A DNA stretch of 64,000 nucleotides from Planctomycetota bacterium (GTDB taxonomy: Bacteria; Planctomycetota; UBA8108; SXIK01): NCBI GenBank assembly GCA_965223845.1, contig CBDCXR010000004.1, forward strand, positions 3,552,001 to 3,616,000. Direction: 5' to 3'. This document shows positions 28,309 through 37,706 of the stretch, piece after piece. Position numbers and translations under genes: made by a program. Each line of letters starts with the position of its first letter. Position 1 is the first letter of the stretch. The notes under the pieces are model-generated. The model was not told the origin of the DNA, ran no database searches, and worked only from the letters and a program-made list of their open reading frames with translations.

Positions 28309-29904
28309 ATGCACTGGCTCGACTACACGATCATCGCCGGCAGCTTGGCGCTCATCGTAAGCGTCGGTCTTTGGTTCTCCCGGCGATGGAAGGGGAGCGA
28401 GGGTTACTTCCTCGCGGGTCGGAACCTCACCTGGCCGCTGATCGGCCTCTCGCTCTTCGCGACGAACATTTCGACCGAGCACTTCGTCGGGCTCGCCGAA
28501 GGCGGTTTCACGCACGGTCTCGTCGTCGGCGGATACGAGTGGATCGCGAGCTACTGCCTCATCTGCCTCGCCGTAGTGTTCGCGCCGCAGTACCTGAAGC
28601 ACAAAGTGTTCACGATCCCGGAGTTCTTCGAGAAGCGCTTCGGCGTCGAGACGCGGATGCTGCTGAGCGGGTACTTCCTGCTCATGATCGTGCTCACGAA
28701 GGTGACGCTCGCCATTTACACCGGGGCGATCGTCATCAAAGAGTTCACGGGCTACCCCCTTCCGGCGGTGATGTGGACGATCGGCATCGCGACGGCGATC
28801 TACACCATGGTCGGCGGGCTCCGGGCGGTCGTCTACACAGACTGCATTCAGGCGGTGATCCTGATCCTCGGATCCATCGTCCTGACGATCGGTGCGCTCA
28901 GCGAAGTCGGCGGCTGGGGTGCGCTCGTCGAAACGCTCGACTCTCAGGGTCAAACGGCGCTGCTCTCCATGGTCGAGCCTCCAGACTCCGCGCACCTCCC
29001 GTTCACCGGGTTCCTTCTCGGGAATTTTCTCATCGGCGGAATGTTCTATTGGTGCATGGATCAGGTGAACGTGCAGCGCGTGCTCGGAGCCCGCGACGTC
29101 TACCAGGCGCGACGCGGCGCGCTGTTCGCTTCGGCACTCAAGATCATTCCGGTTTTCATCATGGTGCTGCCCGGTGTCGTCGCGAGCGTCCTCTACGCCG
29201 ACGAGATCGGAGGCGAGACGAAGAGAACGTACTCTGTGCTCGTCCGCAATCTTCTGCCGGTTGGCGTGCGCGGTTTCGTGATCGCGGCGCTCATCGCCGC
29301 GCTGATGTCTTCGCTCAGCTCTTCGTTCAACTCTGCCGCGACCATCATCTCCCGCGATTTCGTGGCGCGGTTTCGCCCGGAGACGCCCGTTCCCCGTCAG
29401 ATTCGGATCGGGCAGATCGGACTCGTCGTCGTCATGGTCTGCGGTATCCTCGTCTCACCGATCGTCGACAGTTTCGAGACGATCTGGTCGTACCTTCAGA
29501 CCGTCACCGGCTACCTCTCCGTGCCGTTCGCGGTCGCGGGTCTCCTCGGAGTGTTCTCGCGAAGGGTCAACCGCCAAGGCGCTCTCGCGGGAATCGTCGT
29601 CGCGGTCGTGGCCGGTGCGATTTGCCTCCTCGATTCGCAGCTCGAGCTCCAGTGGATCACGAGTCCATACCTCGCTTCGTTCCTCCATCGCCACGCGCTC
29701 TGCGCCTCTCTCACGGCCGCGGCGATGATCGCGGTGAGTCTCCTCACCGCCCCACCGTCAAAGGAGATCGTCGAGGGCGCATTTCACTTTGACGGTGAAC
29801 GCGCGCTCGCTCGGCCCGCGGGCGGAGGAATCCTGAGCGACGACCGCCTGTGGGCGGCCGTGATCTTCGCCGTCGTTACGGCGCTCTGGGTCGTCTTCGC
29901 CTGA
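28309..29904 (+). CDS. Sodium:solute symporter (SLC5, sugar-type)
   Basis: YFLAGRNL.W, SLFATNISTEHFVGLA, GGLRAVVYTD, YWCMDQVNVQRVL, AALMSSLSSSFNS. Confidence 0.95.
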   Translation: MHWLDYTIIAGSLALIVSVGLWFSRRWKGSEGYFLAGRNLTWPLIGLSLFATNISTEHFVGLAEGGFTHGLVVGGYEWIASYCLICLAVVFAPQYLKHKVFTIPEFFEKRFGVETRMLLSGYFLLMIVLTKVTLAIYTGAIVIKEFTGYPLPAVMWTIGIATAIYTMVGGLRAVVYTDCIQAVILILGSIVLTIGALSEVGGWGALVETLDSQGQTALLSMVEPPDSAHLPFTGFLLGNFLIGGMFYWCMDQVNVQRVLGARDVYQARRGALFASALKIIPVFIMVLPGVVASVLYADEIGGETKRTYSVLVRNLLPVGVRGFVIAALIAALMSSLSSSFNSAATIISRDFVARFRPETPVPRQIRIGQIGLVVVMVCGILVSPIVDSFETIWSYLQTVTGYLSVPFAVAGLLGVFSRRVNRQGALAGIVVAVVAGAICLLDSQLELQWITSPYLASFLHRHALCASLTAAAMIAVSLLTAPPSKEIVEGAFHFDGERALARPAGGGILSDDRLWAAVIFAVVTALWVVFA

Positions 29905-29930
29905 CGAACGGGAGTCGGAGCGGCTGCGCA

Positions 29931-29982
29931 AGAAAAACGCCCGTCGGAGCCCCCGGAAGAATGACGGGGCCCCGACGGGCGT
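29931..29982 (-). terminator. Intrinsic terminator downstream of ppdK (possibly bidirectional)
   Basis: ACGCCCGTCGG..GCCCC/GGGGC..CCGACGGGCGT stem with an adjacent A-run (U-tract on the minus strand). Confidence 0.75.
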
Positions 29983-30005
29983 CGACAGTTTCGCGAATCT
30001 TTGCG

Positions 30006-32909
30006 TCAGCGCGCGCGAGCCTTCGCCCGAGCCTTCGTTTTCTTCTTCGCGGCCTTCGGCTTTGTCTTCGCTCCGCCGTTCTTGCTCCGCGTGGCGACGC
30101 GACGAGCGGTCTTCCGTGCGCTCGAAGTCGTCTTCGACTTGCGACCCGCGGTGCGCTTCGACGCCGGCTTCGCCTTCGCCGCGGCCTTTTCGTTGGCCGC
30201 CGCCTGCGCCGCCGCGAGGCGTGCGATCGGAACGCGGAACGGCGAGCAGGACACATAGTCCATGCCGACCTCGTGGCAGAAGTAGACCGACTCCGCGTCG
30301 CCGCCGTGCTCGCCGCAGATCCCGACCTTGAGGCCCGGGCGCGTGCTCCGGCCACGCTCGATTCCGATGCGGACGAGCTCGCCGACACGCTCCTGGTCGA
30401 GCGTCGCGAACGGATCGTCCGGCAGAATTCCGCGCGAGATGTATTCCGGAAGGAACGCGCCGGTGTCATCGCGCGAAAAACCGAACGTCATCTGGGTGAG
30501 ATCGTTCGTCCCGAACGAGAAGAACTCGGCGTGCTCGGCGAGCTCGTTTGCCGCGAGCGCGGCGCGCGGGATCTCGATCATCGTTCCGACGAGATGCGCG
30601 ATCTTCCGGATACCCTTCGACGCGCAGACCTCTTTGTGAACTCGAGCGATGAGCTCGTACTTATTCTCGAGCTCCTTCGGCGCCACGACGACGGGAACCA
30701 TGATCTCCGGGATCGTCTTCACCTTCTTCGCCTGAAGATCGGCCGCGGCCTCGAAGATCGCACGCACCTGCATTTCGGTCACCTCGGGGAAAGTGATCCC
30801 GAGGCGAACTCCGCGGTGCCCCATCATCGGGTTCGACTCGCGCAGCCCGTCGGCGCGCTTCTTCGCCTGCTCAACGGAAATCCCGAGATCGTTCGCGAGC
30901 GCGCGTAGCTTGCCGGCGTCGTGCGGCACGAACTCGTGGAGTGGCGGATCGAGGAGTCGGATCGTGACCGGCAGACCCGCCATCGCCTGGAGCGTCGCCT
31001 TGACGTCCTTCTTGACGAACGGCGCGAGCTCCGCGAGAGCGCGGCGGCGCGAATCGGTGTCCTCCGCGAAGATCATCTTACGGAGCTTCTGGAGAGGCTC
31101 GTCCGCGCCCTTCCCGTAGAACATGTGCTCCGTCCGGAAGAGACCGATGCCCTGCGCCCCGAAGTTGCGCGCGCGGATGGCGTCGTCCGGGGTGTCCGCA
31201 TTCGCTCGCACCTTGAGGCGGCGGAGCTGATCGCACAAGCGGAGGAAAGTGTCGAGCGTCTTGTTGTTCGTCGAACCGTCGACGAGCGCGAGCGCGCCCT
31301 CGTACACCGTGCCGCGGCTGCCGTTGAGACTGAGAGTATCGCCGCTTCGGTACGTCTTGGCGCCGATCTTCATCGTGCCGGCTTCGACGTCGACCTCCGC
31401 ATCACCCGCACCGACGATACAGCACTTTCCCCAGCCGCGAGCGACGAGCGCCGCGTGCGAGGTCATTCCGCCGCGCGAGGTGAGGATCGCTTCCGCGGCG
31501 CGCATTCCCTCGACGTCCTCCGGGTTCGTCTCGTCGCGAACGAGGATCACCTTGTTCCCCTTCGCCGCGGACGCGACCGCCGCCGCCGCGGTGAACTCGA
31601 TCTTGCCGATGGCTCCACCGGGGCCCGCGGGGAGTCCCTTGAGTACGGGGTTCGATTCGCGCTCCGCCGCCGGATCGAGAATCGGATGGAGTAGCTCGTC
31701 GAGCTGCGAAGCGGACACGCGACCGACCGCTTCTTCCTTCGTGATCAGCTTCTCCCGGACCATGTCGACGGCCATCTTGACCGCGGCCGGGCCGTTCCGC
31801 TTGCCGACGCGACACTGCAGCATGAACAGACGACCGTTCTCGATCGTAAACTCGATGTCCTGCATGTCGCGGTAGTGCTTCTCGAGGCGCTTCTGAATCG
31901 CGTCGAGTTCGCGGTAGGCCTTCGGCATCGTGCGCTGGAGGGTCTGCTGCCCGGCGTTGTGATCCGTCGCCGACTCCTTGTTGATCGGTGCCGGCGTACG
32001 AATACCCGCAACGACGTCCTCGCCCTGCGCGTTGATCAGATACTCGCCGTAGAAAATCTTTTGGCCGTTTCCCGGATCGCGCGTGAACGCGACCCCGGTA
32101 GCGCAGTCGTCGCCCATGTTCCCGAAGGCCATCGACTGCACGTTGACCGCGGTTCCCCATTCGTGCGGGATGCCTTCGATGTTGCGGTACGCGATCGCGC
32201 GCGCGCCGTTCCACGATGCGAACACCGCGCCGATGGATCCCCAGATCTGCTTTTCCGCGTTGTCCGGGAAGGGCTTTCCCAGCACCTCGCGGATGAGAAC
32301 CTTGTACTGCTCACAGAGCGATTTCAGATCTTCGGTCGAGAGGTCGGTGTCGAGCTCGACGCCTCGCTCGCGCTTCCGCGACTCGAGGAGTTCGTCGAGC
32401 TTCCGGCGAATCCCTTGGCCGTCTTCGGGCTCGATCCCACCCGCCTTCTCCATCACGACGTCCGAGTACATCGTGATGAGGCGTCGGTACGAGTCGTAGA
32501 CGAAGCGCTCGTTCCCGCCGGACTGCCGGATGACGCCCGGGATCGTCTTCGACGTGAGACCGATGTTGAGCACCGTCTCCATCATTCCCGGCATCGAGAC
32601 GCGCGCACCCGAACGAACGGACCAGAGGAGCGGGTTCTTCGGATCGCCGAACTTCTTTCCCATCAAGCGCTCGACCTTGCGAATCGCGGTCGCGACTTGG
32701 CCGGCGAGCTCCTTCGGGTAGCGGCGGCGATTGGCGTAGTAGTACGTGCAGACGTCCGTCGTGATGGTGAATCCGGGCGGCACCGGGAGGCGGAGCTTCG
32801 GATGGCCCGCCATGTCGGCCAAGTTCGCGCCCTTACCGCCGAGAAGGTTGCGCAGTTCGCCGCTGCCTTCCGCCTTGCCACCACCGAACGCGTAAACGTA
32901 CTTGGCCAT
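30006..32909 (-). CDS. ppdK: Pyruvate, phosphate dikinase with C-terminal Lys/Arg/Ala-rich tail
   Basis: LLGGKGANLA, SVRSGARVSMPGMM, GEDVVAGIRTP, GGMTSHAALVARG, GIGLFRTEHMF, FGTNDLTQ, GICGEHGG, VSCSPFRVPIARLAAAQ. Confidence 0.97.
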   Translation of the reverse strand: MAKYVYAFGGGKAEGSGELRNLLGGKGANLADMAGHPKLRLPVPPGFTITTDVCTYYYANRRRYPKELAGQVATAIRKVERLMGKKFGDPKNPLLWSVRSGARVSMPGMMETVLNIGLTSKTIPGVIRQSGGNERFVYDSYRRLITMYSDVVMEKAGGIEPEDGQGIRRKLDELLESRKRERGVELDTDLSTEDLKSLCEQYKVLIREVLGKPFPDNAEKQIWGSIGAVFASWNGARAIAYRNIEGIPHEWGTAVNVQSMAFGNMGDDCATGVAFTRDPGNGQKIFYGEYLINAQGEDVVAGIRTPAPINKESATDHNAGQQTLQRTMPKAYRELDAIQKRLEKHYRDMQDIEFTIENGRLFMLQCRVGKRNGPAAVKMAVDMVREKLITKEEAVGRVSASQLDELLHPILDPAAERESNPVLKGLPAGPGGAIGKIEFTAAAAVASAAKGNKVILVRDETNPEDVEGMRAAEAILTSRGGMTSHAALVARGWGKCCIVGAGDAEVDVEAGTMKIGAKTYRSGDTLSLNGSRGTVYEGALALVDGSTNNKTLDTFLRLCDQLRRLKVRANADTPDDAIRARNFGAQGIGLFRTEHMFYGKGADEPLQKLRKMIFAEDTDSRRRALAELAPFVKKDVKATLQAMAGLPVTIRLLDPPLHEFVPHDAGKLRALANDLGISVEQAKKRADGLRESNPMMGHRGVRLGITFPEVTEMQVRAIFEAAADLQAKKVKTIPEIMVPVVVAPKELENKYELIARVHKEVCASKGIRKIAHLVGTMIEIPRAALAANELAEHAEFFSFGTNDLTQMTFGFSRDDTGAFLPEYISRGILPDDPFATLDQERVGELVRIGIERGRSTRPGLKVGICGEHGGDAESVYFCHEVGMDYVSCSPFRVPIARLAAAQAAANEKAAAKAKPASKRTAGRKSKTTSSARKTARRVATRSKNGGAKTKPKAAKKKTKARAKARAR

Positions 32910-33360
32910 GAGAAGCTCTCTTTATCTGAAGGTTTTCTGAGTCCTGACGGATCGCGGCTTAGCTCCCGGCTTCCGAACGCAGCGTGGCGCGAATCGCACG
33001 TGCCGATTCCGCAGACCACAACTCGGAAGCCGTCCGCGCAGCCGTCGCGCTCGCCCAGGCGACCGGCGCACATCCGAGCAACCGGCAGGGCTCGGAACGG
33101 TCGGCAGCGGCGCGAGTTCGATCGTCGAGTCGGCGATTCCCGCGCCGGAACGATCGTATTCGGAAGCTGACCCGGAATCTGATCGAACCCGCGATTGTAG
33201 AGGAATCGATCACTGAAACAAGGGGAATCCGCTCCCGGTCGGCGGGCGACGCGCATCGTATTCTTAAGAGTCGGTGGCTGCGCTTTGCCGTCCGTTTCCG
33301 GCGTCGACCGTGCGCCACCGAAGGAAGACCGCAGTCGACTCACCCAGCAGGTAGCCCCTC

Positions 33361-33645
33361 ATGACCACACCACAGAAGACCGTCGTCTGCCCCGGCTGCG
33401 CGAAGTCGATTCGCGTTTGTGCCCGCGTGATGAGCGACGGCAACGAGTACGCGTTCTACCTGTGCGGACGCTGCGAGGACGTCGTCCTCCAAGACCCGAC
33501 CGACGGCACGTGGCGCCTTCGGGGTGAACCGGGTCAGGAAATCGCGAATGTCGTCGAAGTTCTGCGCAGTCTGGCAGCGGCGAACTGGACCGCGCAGTCT
33601 CGCTCGCGTGAGCCGCTGAACACGCAGCGGCTACCGACGTTCTGA
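33361..33645 (+). CDS. Small zinc-ribbon protein
   Basis: CPGC...CGRC pair in a 94-aa ORF with typical codon usage. Confidence 0.65.
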   Translation: MTTPQKTVVCPGCAKSIRVCARVMSDGNEYAFYLCGRCEDVVLQDPTDGTWRLRGEPGQEIANVVEVLRSLAAANWTAQSRSREPLNTQRLPTF

Positions 33646-33837
33646 AGGTTTAGGGCGTCCGCGCCCGCCGGTCGGCGCCTCAGCGGGGAGGTCGAGAGTC
33701 CGATCCCGCACCTCTGACGCCGAGAGTTTCTCGCCGCCCGCCGCTTCCCGCGTTCGGGTAGAATCTCGTCTCCAACCGAGCCTTCGACGATGGGGTCGCG
33801 GGTCGGCCTCGAGCTCCAGCGGAACGGGAAGACGAGA

Positions 33838-34131
33838 GTGGCGTACGTCGTTTGCGAACCTTGCGAGAACTGTCGGTACACGGACTGTGTCGCCGTGTGT
33901 CCGGTCGAGTGCTTTCACGAAGCCGAGACGATGCTCTACATCGACCCGGACGTCTGCATCGACTGCGGGGTCTGCGTGCCGGAATGTCCGGTCGAGGCGA
34001 TCTTCCCGGACTACGAAGTCCCCGAGGAGTGGATTCGATACATCGAGCTCAACGCAAAGCTCTCCCCGGGGCTCCCGGTGATCGTCGACAAAAAAGACCC
34101 GCTCCCGACCGCACCGCCGCGTTCCGATTGA
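33838..34131 (+). CDS. fdxA: Dicluster ferredoxin (FdxA-type)
   Basis: (M)AYVVCEPCENCRYTDCVAVCPVECF...IDPDVCIDCGVCVPECPVEAI; GTG start; TAGAAT upstream at 33759. Confidence 0.93.
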   Translation: MAYVVCEPCENCRYTDCVAVCPVECFHEAETMLYIDPDVCIDCGVCVPECPVEAIFPDYEVPEEWIRYIELNAKLSPGLPVIVDKKDPLPTAPPRSD

Positions 34132-34354
34132 CCGGTGGAGAGGGCGAAAACGCCCCGCCGTTGCCCCCCTAAGCGGCTCGTAGAAATGGAGTTAGGCTCT
34201 CCGTCGGGCGAGACGACGCCACGGCCTTCGTTCACGGAGCGGCCATCGAATTCTCACATCCAGTGACACAACGGTGACATTGGCCCGATAAAAAGGCCGA
34301 GCTTTGGGAGAGCAGCGATCCAGCGGCCCTTCCGGACGATCTGAAGCAAAAACG

Positions 34355-34565
34355 AGCCTTCGACGGTCGACGCGCTGCCGAACTCACCGTCTTGTTCGGT
34401 GGTCGAGCGGGCGGCCCTCGATCCGATTCACGACCGCCTCCCCCAATCGCGGATGTTCCCACCTTCCGCGGGGCGGCCCCACGGACCCCACCCAACCTCC
34501 CCTCACGTGAGGCGCGTTGCGGCTCACGACGGGGTCCGGATTTCGGACCGTCGAAGGCTTTTTTT
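34355..34565 (+). ncRNA. Candidate structured ncRNA or attenuator (~205 nt)
   Basis: Perfect 14-bp closing helix (34355-34368 with 34546-34559), several internal hairpins and a U7 run, in an 850-bp gap with no credible CDS. Confidence 0.5.
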
Positions 34566-34984
34566 CATCGGCCGGCGTGGACAGGAACCAGCGTTCGGGC
34601 CGATGTAGCGGGGAGACGGGGTGTCACCCGCCGCGATCCCGGCCGCCGCTGGCGATACCGGATCGTCCCTGCGCCCGCAGCTCCCGACGCGGAGCACACC
34701 GAACTGGCTTCACCCGTTTCAACGACCGCGGTTGCGGTAGAAACCGGTGCGAGCATCGAGGTAGCTTGACGGACGCTCGGGGACGATACCGAGTCGGCTC
34801 CGTGACGGGGTCAGGCTCGGCGACCGAGCTCCGGCCCGGCGGTGACGTGCGGACGCCGGAGAGTGTGCACCGACCTATCGTCTACAGCCTTCCGCCGCCG
34901 CGGGAGAGGATTGGAAATCAAGTACCGGAACTTCACCGCTGAGATCGACGGCGCGCGAGCGGACGGTTTAGAGGAGCCCGAGAG

Positions 34985-36340
34985 ATGAGACTCGCTGTTA
35001 TCGGAACGGGATACGTCGGCCTGGTCACCGGCGCCTGCTTTGCTGACCTCGGAAACGACGTGACCTGCGTCGACATCGACGAGGCGAAAATCGAGGCGCT
35101 CAAGAACGGCAAGGTACCGATCTACGAGCCCGGTCTCGAGGAGTTGCTCCGGCGCAACATCGCAGAAGGACGACTCTCGTTCACGACGAAGACGAGCGAC
35201 GCCGTTCCCGGGCGAGACGTCGCCTTCATTTGCGTCGGAACGCCCCAGTCCGCGTCGGGCAAAGCCGACCTCACGTACGTGCTCTCAGCGGCCGAGGCGA
35301 TCGTCACGAACATCGATCAGTACACGGTCATCGTCGACAAGAGCACCGTTCCCGTCGGGACGGCTCAGCGCCTCACGCGCGAGTTCAGCGGTCGATCGGA
35401 ACATGGGTTCGAGTTCGTCTCGAATCCGGAGTTCCTTCGCGAAGGCGCGGCGATCAAGGACTTTCAGAATCCGGACCGGATCGTGATCGGGGCGAACTCG
35501 GAGCGCGCACGAAACACGATGGAGCGCCTCTACGCTCCTCACGCGCGCGTGAATCGCCCGATCTTGTTCATGAACTGTGAGACGGCAGAGCTCATCAAGT
35601 ACGCCGCGAACGGTATGCTCGCGGCCCGCATCTCGTTCATGAACGCCCTCACCGGTCTCTGCGAAAAGATCGGCGCGGACATCAAGGACATCGCGAAGGG
35701 CATCGGGCTCGACACGCGCATCGGATCGCGCTTTCTGCAAGCCTCGCCCGGCTACGGCGGATCGTGTTTTCCGAAGGATGTGCGTTCGCTGATCGACACG
35801 CTCGAGAGCCATCAGGTAAACGCGAACCTCTTCCGTGCGATTGACCAGGTGAACGAGCAGCACAAGAAGTCGCACGTCGCGCGCATTTCGCAGTTCCTAC
35901 CCGACCTGAACGGAAAGCGCGTCGCGGTGTGGGGTCTCGCGTTCAAGCCGCGCACCGACGACATTCGCGAGTCCGCCTCGCTCACTCTCATCGACCAGCT
36001 TCTCGAGCGAGGATGCGAGGTCGTCGCCTACGATCCGGAAGCGACGGAGAACACGCGGCGGGTCTACCCGCAAATCGAGTACGTCGCGACGCCGTACGAA
36101 GCGGTCGAGGGCGCGTCGGCGGTGGTCGTCATGACCGAATGGGATGTGTTTCGCAACCTCGACCTCGACAAGGTTCGGTCGATCATGCGCGAGCCGGTCC
36201 TCGTCGATTGCCGGAACATCTACAATCCGGAAGACGTCGTCTCACTCGGATTCGATTACGCTGGTATCGGCCGGCCGGCGGTCGCCCGCCGCGCGGAATC
36301 GAAATCCGAGCGCGAAGAAGTTCCCGAAAGCGCGCGCTAA
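34985..36340 (+). CDS. ugd: UDP-glucose 6-dehydrogenase
   Basis: GTGYVG, ICVGTP, KSTVP, SNPEFLREG, AELIKYAAN, GYGGSCFPKD, GLAFKPRTDDIRES; SD GAGGAG. Confidence 0.95.
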   Translation: MRLAVIGTGYVGLVTGACFADLGNDVTCVDIDEAKIEALKNGKVPIYEPGLEELLRRNIAEGRLSFTTKTSDAVPGRDVAFICVGTPQSASGKADLTYVLSAAEAIVTNIDQYTVIVDKSTVPVGTAQRLTREFSGRSEHGFEFVSNPEFLREGAAIKDFQNPDRIVIGANSERARNTMERLYAPHARVNRPILFMNCETAELIKYAANGMLAARISFMNALTGLCEKIGADIKDIAKGIGLDTRIGSRFLQASPGYGGSCFPKDVRSLIDTLESHQVNANLFRAIDQVNEQHKKSHVARISQFLPDLNGKRVAVWGLAFKPRTDDIRESASLTLIDQLLERGCEVVAYDPEATENTRRVYPQIEYVATPYEAVEGASAVVVMTEWDVFRNLDLDKVRSIMREPVLVDCRNIYNPEDVVSLGFDYAGIGRPAVARRAESKSEREEVPESAR

Positions 36341-36414
36341 ACCCTGTCGAACCTTGGACCGGCGACCGAGGCTGGAGCGGCGAACGCGTCGCGTCCGCTT
36401 CGCCGGGCGCTCCG

Positions 36415-37635
36415 ATGCCTCCGAACGACGAGTCTGCCTCACAGGAAACCGCCGCCCGCGCGGAACGCGCGCGTGAGGCGCGCCGCGCGCTCAGCGGAGC
36501 GCGGCGCCTCGTGATCAAGATCGGAACCAACGTTCTCACGCGCGCGAGCGGCGAGATGGCGATCGGACACGCACACTCGCTCATCGAGGAGATCGCCGAT
36601 CTGCGCCGCGAGGGCCGCCAGGTGATCGTCGTCTCCTCGGGCGCGATCAGCCTCGGCATGCACCGTCTAGGTCTCGACGCGCGACCCGACAATCTTCCGA
36701 CCTTGCAGGCGTGCGCGGCCATCGGCCAGATCCGTTTGATGGCGGTCTACGAGCACGCGTTCCGGCACTTCGGCCTCCATTCGGCGCAGGTTCTCCTCAC
36801 CGAAGAGGATTTCTCCGATCGCGAGCGCTATCTCAATTTGCGCAACACGCTCGAGCGACTGCTCGAACACGGCGTGATTCCGATCGTGAACGAAAACGAC
36901 ACCGTTTCGACGAGCGAGATCGAACCTCACGTCGAGGAAGGCGCGCGGCGACGAGTTTTCGGGGACAACGACCGTCTGTCGGCGCTCGTCATGTCGAAGC
37001 TCGAGGCGGGGCTGCTCATCCTTCTCAGCGATGTCGGAGGGCTCTATCCCGAATACGCGTCCGGTCGACAGCCAACCGAGCCTCTCTCCGTCGTCGAAGA
37101 GCTCACGTCCGAGATTACGGCCATGGCGGAAACGACTACGGGACGCGGCCGTGGCGGGATGATGAGCAAGCTGCGCTCGATCGAAGTCGCCCTCGAGGCC
37201 GGGGGCATGGCGGTCATCGCGAGCGGAACCGAGCCAGGGATCTTGAGCCGGATCCTGGCCGGCGAGTCGGTCGGGACTCTCTTTCTACCGCGCGAACGAA
37301 AAGCGAGCCGCAAGCGGTGGCTCGCGCACGCGACGAACGCTCGCGGACGAGTGAGGCTCAACGCGGGCGCCGTGTCCGCTCTCCGGAGCGGAAAATCGAG
37401 CCTCCTCTTCGCCGGAGTGACGGCCGTCGACGGCGAGTTTCAGAAGGGGGACGTCGTCGCGCTCCTCTCCGAAACCGGGGAGGAAATCGGACGCGGCCGC
37501 GTGAACTACGGTTCGGGGACGGCAGCTTCTCTCGTCGGGCGCCGATCCGACGAGATCGCCGCGAAGACCGGGGAACGTCCCGCGGAGTTCATTCACCGCG
37601 ACAACATCGTAGTCCACGCCGCGCCCTCGCGCTAA
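36415..37635 (+). CDS. proB: Glutamate 5-kinase with PUA domain
   Basis: VIKIGTNVL, VSSGAI, AAIGQ, IPIVNENDTV, FGDNDRLSA, GRGGMMSKL, SLL.AGV..V.G.F..GD, IHRDN. Confidence 0.95.
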   Translation: MPPNDESASQETAARAERAREARRALSGARRLVIKIGTNVLTRASGEMAIGHAHSLIEEIADLRREGRQVIVVSSGAISLGMHRLGLDARPDNLPTLQACAAIGQIRLMAVYEHAFRHFGLHSAQVLLTEEDFSDRERYLNLRNTLERLLEHGVIPIVNENDTVSTSEIEPHVEEGARRRVFGDNDRLSALVMSKLEAGLLILLSDVGGLYPEYASGRQPTEPLSVVEELTSEITAMAETTTGRGRGGMMSKLRSIEVALEAGGMAVIASGTEPGILSRILAGESVGTLFLPRERKASRKRWLAHATNARGRVRLNAGAVSALRSGKSSLLFAGVTAVDGEFQKGDVVALLSETGEEIGRGRVNYGSGTAASLVGRRSDEIAAKTGERPAEFIHRDNIVVHAAPSR

Positions 37636-37706
37636 AGCAGCACAGCGCGCTCGGGACATGCGGCGCGGTGGGAGCTAGCGAGTGGATGGAGCCGCAGGCG
37701 GGAACT

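Noticed and set aside
34501-34512. Palindrome CCTCACGTGAGG resembling parS
   Set aside because: Only the TCACGTGA core matches; the GTT/AAC flanks are missing and it is a single copy.
34734-34766. GCGGTAG...GGTAGC upstream of ugd as a JUMPStart/ops element
   Set aside because: Sequence and spacing differ from GGTAGC-N15-GGTAGC, and no long polysaccharide operon follows.
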